A DNA stretch of 45,161 bases from positions 1 to 45,161 of the forward strand of contig CAXGWI010000012.1 of NCBI GenBank assembly GCA_964013405.1, written 5' to 3'. The translations under genes were made by a program, and so were the position numbers. Shown here one piece after another: positions 42,011 through 45,161 of this stretch (position 1 is its first letter; every line of letters begins with the position of its first letter). The notes beneath the pieces were generated by a model. That model saw only the letters and a program-made list of their open reading frames with translations. It did not search any database and had not been told where the DNA came from. The DNA comes from an uncultured Myxococcales bacterium. Its GTDB lineage: Bacteria; Myxococcota; UBA4151.

Positions 42011-42061
42011 CTGTGACAATCTGTGACAAAGACCTGTGTGGTCTGTGATATGAATCTGTCA
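42011..42061 (+). promoter_or_regulatory. Direct-repeat operator, probable OmpR-family binding site
   Basis: CTGTGACAAT CTGTGACAAA (10-bp period), plus CTGTGT at 42034, CTGTGA at 42043 and CTGTCA at 42056, directly upstream of the Spy/RR/HK operon. Confidence 0.65.
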
Positions 42062-42103
42062 GGATGCCCAGGCGTCGAGAATGGCGCACTGAAGGAGATG
42101 ACG

Positions 42104-42655
42104 ATGATGAAGTGGTTTGCTCTTAGCTTGCTTGTTGTGGGTCTCGGCCCGGCGGAGGTTTTTGCCGGCGGGAACCATGGGCATCCTGGTGCGGGAAAAC
42201 ATCGACGGGGCATGAAAGCCAATGCGCTGCACAGGGCTCTGAAGAAGGCTGACCTGACCGAGGATCAGCAAGAGCAGTTGAAGGCCCTGATGAAGAAGCA
42301 CAAAGCGGCCATGAAGAAGCTGCGACAGAGTAAAATCTCGGGGGCTCATCCGATGATGGCCCTGTTGAAGGCTGAGGATCCCAGCACGGTCTCTTTCAAA
42401 AAAATTCGCCAGCAACGGGAGCAACTTCGGCTCCAAAAAGAGCGTCTACACTTTCGTCATCTGAAGGCGGTGGTCAGTCTCCTAGAGCCTGAACAACGCC
42501 AAAAGGTCGTTATGGAACTCGAGCGAATGAAGTCCCGGTGGCAACAGCGCCAAAAGCGGCGTCATATGCGACGGTGGAAGCGAAAGGGTGGCAACCACCA
42601 CGGCGGACCCGCGGACTTTGATGGCCATGGGCCTGACGGCGACTTCGTCGACTGA
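42104..42655 (+). CDS. Spy/CpxP-family periplasmic protein
   Basis: Signal peptide, LTEDQ and LEPEQR (LTxxQ-like) motifs, helical; AAGGAG RBS at 42092. Confidence 0.78.
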   Translation: MMKWFALSLLVVGLGPAEVFAGGNHGHPGAGKHRRGMKANALHRALKKADLTEDQQEQLKALMKKHKAAMKKLRQSKISGAHPMMALLKAEDPSTVSFKKIRQQREQLRLQKERLHFRHLKAVVSLLEPEQRQKVVMELERMKSRWQQRQKRRHMRRWKRKGGNHHGGPADFDGHGPDGDFVD

Positions 42656-42658
42656 GCG

Positions 42659-43354
42659 ATGACCTTGGCTCGCATCCTCCTCGTCGAGGATGATTTGCGG
42701 CTCGCGGCACTGACGGCTCGCTTCTTGGAAGGGGCCGGCTTTGTCGTTGATCAAGAAGCTGATGGGCTTCGGGCGAGCGTTCGCATCCCCAAAGAGCAGC
42801 CGGACGCGGTGGTCCTCGACCTGGGACTACCGGGCATCGATGGTCTCGAAGTCTGTCGCAGGGTCCGGAGGGAATATGCGGGCCCCATTTTGGTACTGAC
42901 CGCTCGAGACGACGAAGTGGACCAAGTCCTGGGTTTAGAGTTGGGGGCAGATGCCTATGTGGTGAAGCCCACCAGTCCTCGGGTCTTATCGGCCCGCCTC
43001 AAAGCCTTATTGCGCCGTTCTCGGGGCGAATGGGAAGAGGGAGAACAGGTCGTGGTCGGCCCCCTGGTCCTGGATCGCAGTCGTTACCAAGCCTCTCTTG
43101 GCGGCAACGACCTGAGCCTTTCCAGTGGGGAGTTTGAATTGCTCTGGGTGCTTGCCCAGCATCGCGGTCGGGTCCTCGATAGGGACCAACTTCTTTCGGC
43201 GCTTCATGGTCAAGGCTTTGAACAGACGAGCCGGAGTATCGATATGATGGTGAGTCGACTGCGAGCCCAACTCGGGGACAACCCAAAGGCAGCCCTCTGG
43301 ATTAGAACGGTGCGATCCCAGGGCTATCTCTTCGCCGGTCCGGATGATTTGTGA
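42659..43354 (+). CDS. OmpR/PhoB-family response regulator (RstA-like)
   Basis: LVEDD, VLDLGLP, LTARDDEVDQVLGLELGAD, KP, winged helix RSIDMMVSRLR..TVRSQGY. Confidence 0.95.
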   Translation: MTLARILLVEDDLRLAALTARFLEGAGFVVDQEADGLRASVRIPKEQPDAVVLDLGLPGIDGLEVCRRVRREYAGPILVLTARDDEVDQVLGLELGADAYVVKPTSPRVLSARLKALLRRSRGEWEEGEQVVVGPLVLDRSRYQASLGGNDLSLSSGEFELLWVLAQHRGRVLDRDQLLSALHGQGFEQTSRSIDMMVSRLRAQLGDNPKAALWIRTVRSQGYLFAGPDDL

Positions 43355-44604
43355 TCCGCTTACTCATTCATGCTTTGCTGTGCATCGGCACGAGTTTGGC
43401 AATTGCTGTGATGGGGTTTGCCGTTTGGAAATTTGTGCAACCCCATGAGCTCCCTACGGCCGAACTTGAACGCTTGTGGGCCCAGGGTCGAGACCGACTT
43501 GATCGGTGGCAGGGTGCTTTTGATGCTGCGAAGGGGCCGCGAAAGCGGCGTTTTCGCCAAGCGAACAAGCGCAGCGGTGTGCGGGTTCGGTCCTGTGGTA
43601 GCCCGCCGAGCCGAGTGCTCTTTGAGCAAGAAGGCGGGGTGCTGTTTCCCATGACCAGTACCCAAAGAATGAGTGGGCCGATTGTCTTGGGTTTTCGCCA
43701 GCGATTGAGTGGGGGGCCACCCCGTGCTGTTTGTCTGCGGGCAGGCCGAGCCAGTGATCATCGCCGAGCGGTGATGCTTTTGGTGATTTCCTGTTCGCTG
43801 ATCGTTGGCCTGCTCGTCTTTATCGCACCTCTTGTGATGCGTTTGCGTCGCATAGAGCAGGCTGTGTCCTCCCTGGCCCAGGGGGATTTAAGCACGCCGA
43901 TTCATGTGGAAGGCCGTGATGTTGTGGGTCGGCTGGCGGAGGGGCTGCGGAGCATGACAGCCCGACTTCAGGCGCTCTTTGAGGCCCGAAAACGTTTTTC
44001 CGACGCGACGAGTCACGAACTACGGACACCACTGGCTCGAATTGCCGCGGCACTGGACCTGATGGAGCAACATCCTGATCCCCAGTTGATCGATGGCATG
44101 CGAGCGGATGTCCGTGAGGTAAATGAACTTGTGGACGAACTGCTTTTGTTGGGGCGCCTCGAAGATCCGCAGCGACGGGCCATGGGGGAACCGGTGGATC
44201 TAGTCACGCTCCTCCAGGAGCGGGCCGCAGCCAGTGCTCGTGGAGGCCGCCTCGAGCCCCAGCTTCTGCTGCCGGGAGAAGGGGTCAGTTTTGCTGGCGA
44301 TCGTCGCTTATTGGCCCGTCTCGTGGACAATCTGTTGAGCAATGCACAGCGCTTTGCCCGCCAGCGGATTCAGGTGGAATTACGGGCAGGAGCCGACGAG
44401 ATCAGCCTTTTCGTCACCGACGACGGGCCGGGGGTGCCCATCGACCTTGAAGATCGTCTCTTCGAGCCTTTCGTTAGCGGTGGCGAGGGCAGTGGGCTTG
44501 GTTTGGCCATCGCCCAAGAGATCGCTCGAGTGCACGGTGGCCAACTTGGTCACGAGTCGATCAATCCTTCAGGGGCGCTCTTTCGGCTTCAACTGCCCCG
44601 CTAA
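43351..44604 (+). CDS. Sensor histidine kinase (RstB/CpxA-like)
   Basis: Two TM helices, HAMP, SHELRTPLARI, NLLSNA, DDGPG, GSGLGL; GTGA overlap with the RR. Confidence 0.93.
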   Translation: MIRLLIHALLCIGTSLAIAVMGFAVWKFVQPHELPTAELERLWAQGRDRLDRWQGAFDAAKGPRKRRFRQANKRSGVRVRSCGSPPSRVLFEQEGGVLFPMTSTQRMSGPIVLGFRQRLSGGPPRAVCLRAGRASDHRRAVMLLVISCSLIVGLLVFIAPLVMRLRRIEQAVSSLAQGDLSTPIHVEGRDVVGRLAEGLRSMTARLQALFEARKRFSDATSHELRTPLARIAAALDLMEQHPDPQLIDGMRADVREVNELVDELLLLGRLEDPQRRAMGEPVDLVTLLQERAAASARGGRLEPQLLLPGEGVSFAGDRRLLARLVDNLLSNAQRFARQRIQVELRAGADEISLFVTDDGPGVPIDLEDRLFEPFVSGGEGSGLGLAIAQEIARVHGGQLGHESINPSGALFRLQLPR

Positions 44605-44696
44605 AATCGATTCAACTGTTTCATCACAGTGTATCGCCTTGTCCCATCCGAGGCGTGATCGTGCTGTAAGTATCAGATTTTACAGCATCTAAATCT

Positions 44697-44712
44697 TGGC
44701 ACCGGCCTTGCG
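44697..44712 (+). promoter_or_regulatory. Sigma54 (-24/-12) promoter of comM
   Basis: TGGCACCGGCCTTGCG = TGGCAC-N5-TTGC with exact GG-N10-GC spacing, 30 nt before the ATG. Confidence 0.75.
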
Positions 44713-44742
44713 ACCCTTTGAGGCAAGGGGGTGCCGAATACC

Positions 44743-45161
44743 ATGACCATCCAAGTACAGACCGGACTCTTATGGGGGGTTAACGGCCGTCTCGTCACGG
44801 TCGAGGCTGAACTCAGCAAAGGAATTCCATTTTTCGACCTCGTGGGTCTGGCCGACGGCGCCGTGCGGGAAGCGAAGGTTCGGGTTCCCCGGGCTGTGGA
44901 GGCTAGCGGCTACGCGTGGCCCCGCCGTCGCATCACCGTCAATATGGCCCCGGCCCATCTAAAAAAAGAGGGTAGCGGGTTGGATCTGCCCATCGCTGTG
45001 GCCTGTATGGCGGAGGGGATGAAGGTGGTTGAGGGCCGCCTTGATGGCACCGCCGCTTTGGCTGAGTTGGGGCTCGATGGGTGCTTGCGTGGCGTCCAGG
45101 GGGTGCTCCCTGTGGTGGAGGCGGCCAAGCGCGCCGGGCTGAGGCGGGTTTTGGTTGCCAG
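44743..45161 (+). CDS. comM: ComM/YifB Mg-chelatase-like AAA+ ATPase, partial; runs off the right edge
   Basis: Manual translation: MTIQVQTGLLWGVNGRLVTVEAELSKGIPFFDLVGLADGAVREAKVRV...RITVNMAPAHLKKEGSGLDLPIA...ELGLDGCLRGVQGVLP. Confidence 0.92.
   Translation, partial: MTIQVQTGLLWGVNGRLVTVEAELSKGIPFFDLVGLADGAVREAKVRVPRAVEASGYAWPRRRITVNMAPAHLKKEGSGLDLPIAVACMAEGMKVVEGRLDGTAALAELGLDGCLRGVQGVLPVVEAAKRAGLRRVLVA

Noticed and set aside
42011..42061. CRISPR array or VNTR
   Set aside because: Repeats are 6-10 bp with no unique spacers and no cas genes; they fit an operator better

Overview
GC-rich, very compact bacterial chromosome segment with about 37 CDS. I found no rRNA, tRNA, CRISPR array or mobile element. 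The gene content (many lipoproteins, Cys-rich and metzincin surface proteins, c-type cytochromes, a sigma54 promoter) suggests a Myxococcota/deltaproteobacterial-type organism; this is inference. Left to right: a partial alpha/beta-hydrolase lipoprotein and mrp; gyrA and gyrB transcribed convergently into one shared hairpin; ribA-comF-gpmI; a metK-uppP-Nudix-manC-PMM-ROK operon; a monoheme cytochrome; pepP; an Npt1/HEAT/cNMP fusion; a metzincin lipoprotein; an UshA-like tetraheme cytochrome; a divergent cell-surface module (Cys-rich lipoprotein, Ig-like lipoprotein, ~1460-aa zincin lipoprotein, beta-barrel); mnmG-mnmE in reversed order; a ferredoxin-tatD-tcdA-trxB operon; tldD-tldE; a Spy/CpxP protein with an OmpR-type two-component system; and a partial comM behind a sigma54 promoter. 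The most striking signal is non-coding. Both gyrase genes are preceded by related, palindromic, alternating purine-pyrimidine (CG-rich) tracts of the kind that form Z-DNA or cruciforms under negative supercoiling. They are a candidate DNA-structure sensor for gyrase homeostasis.
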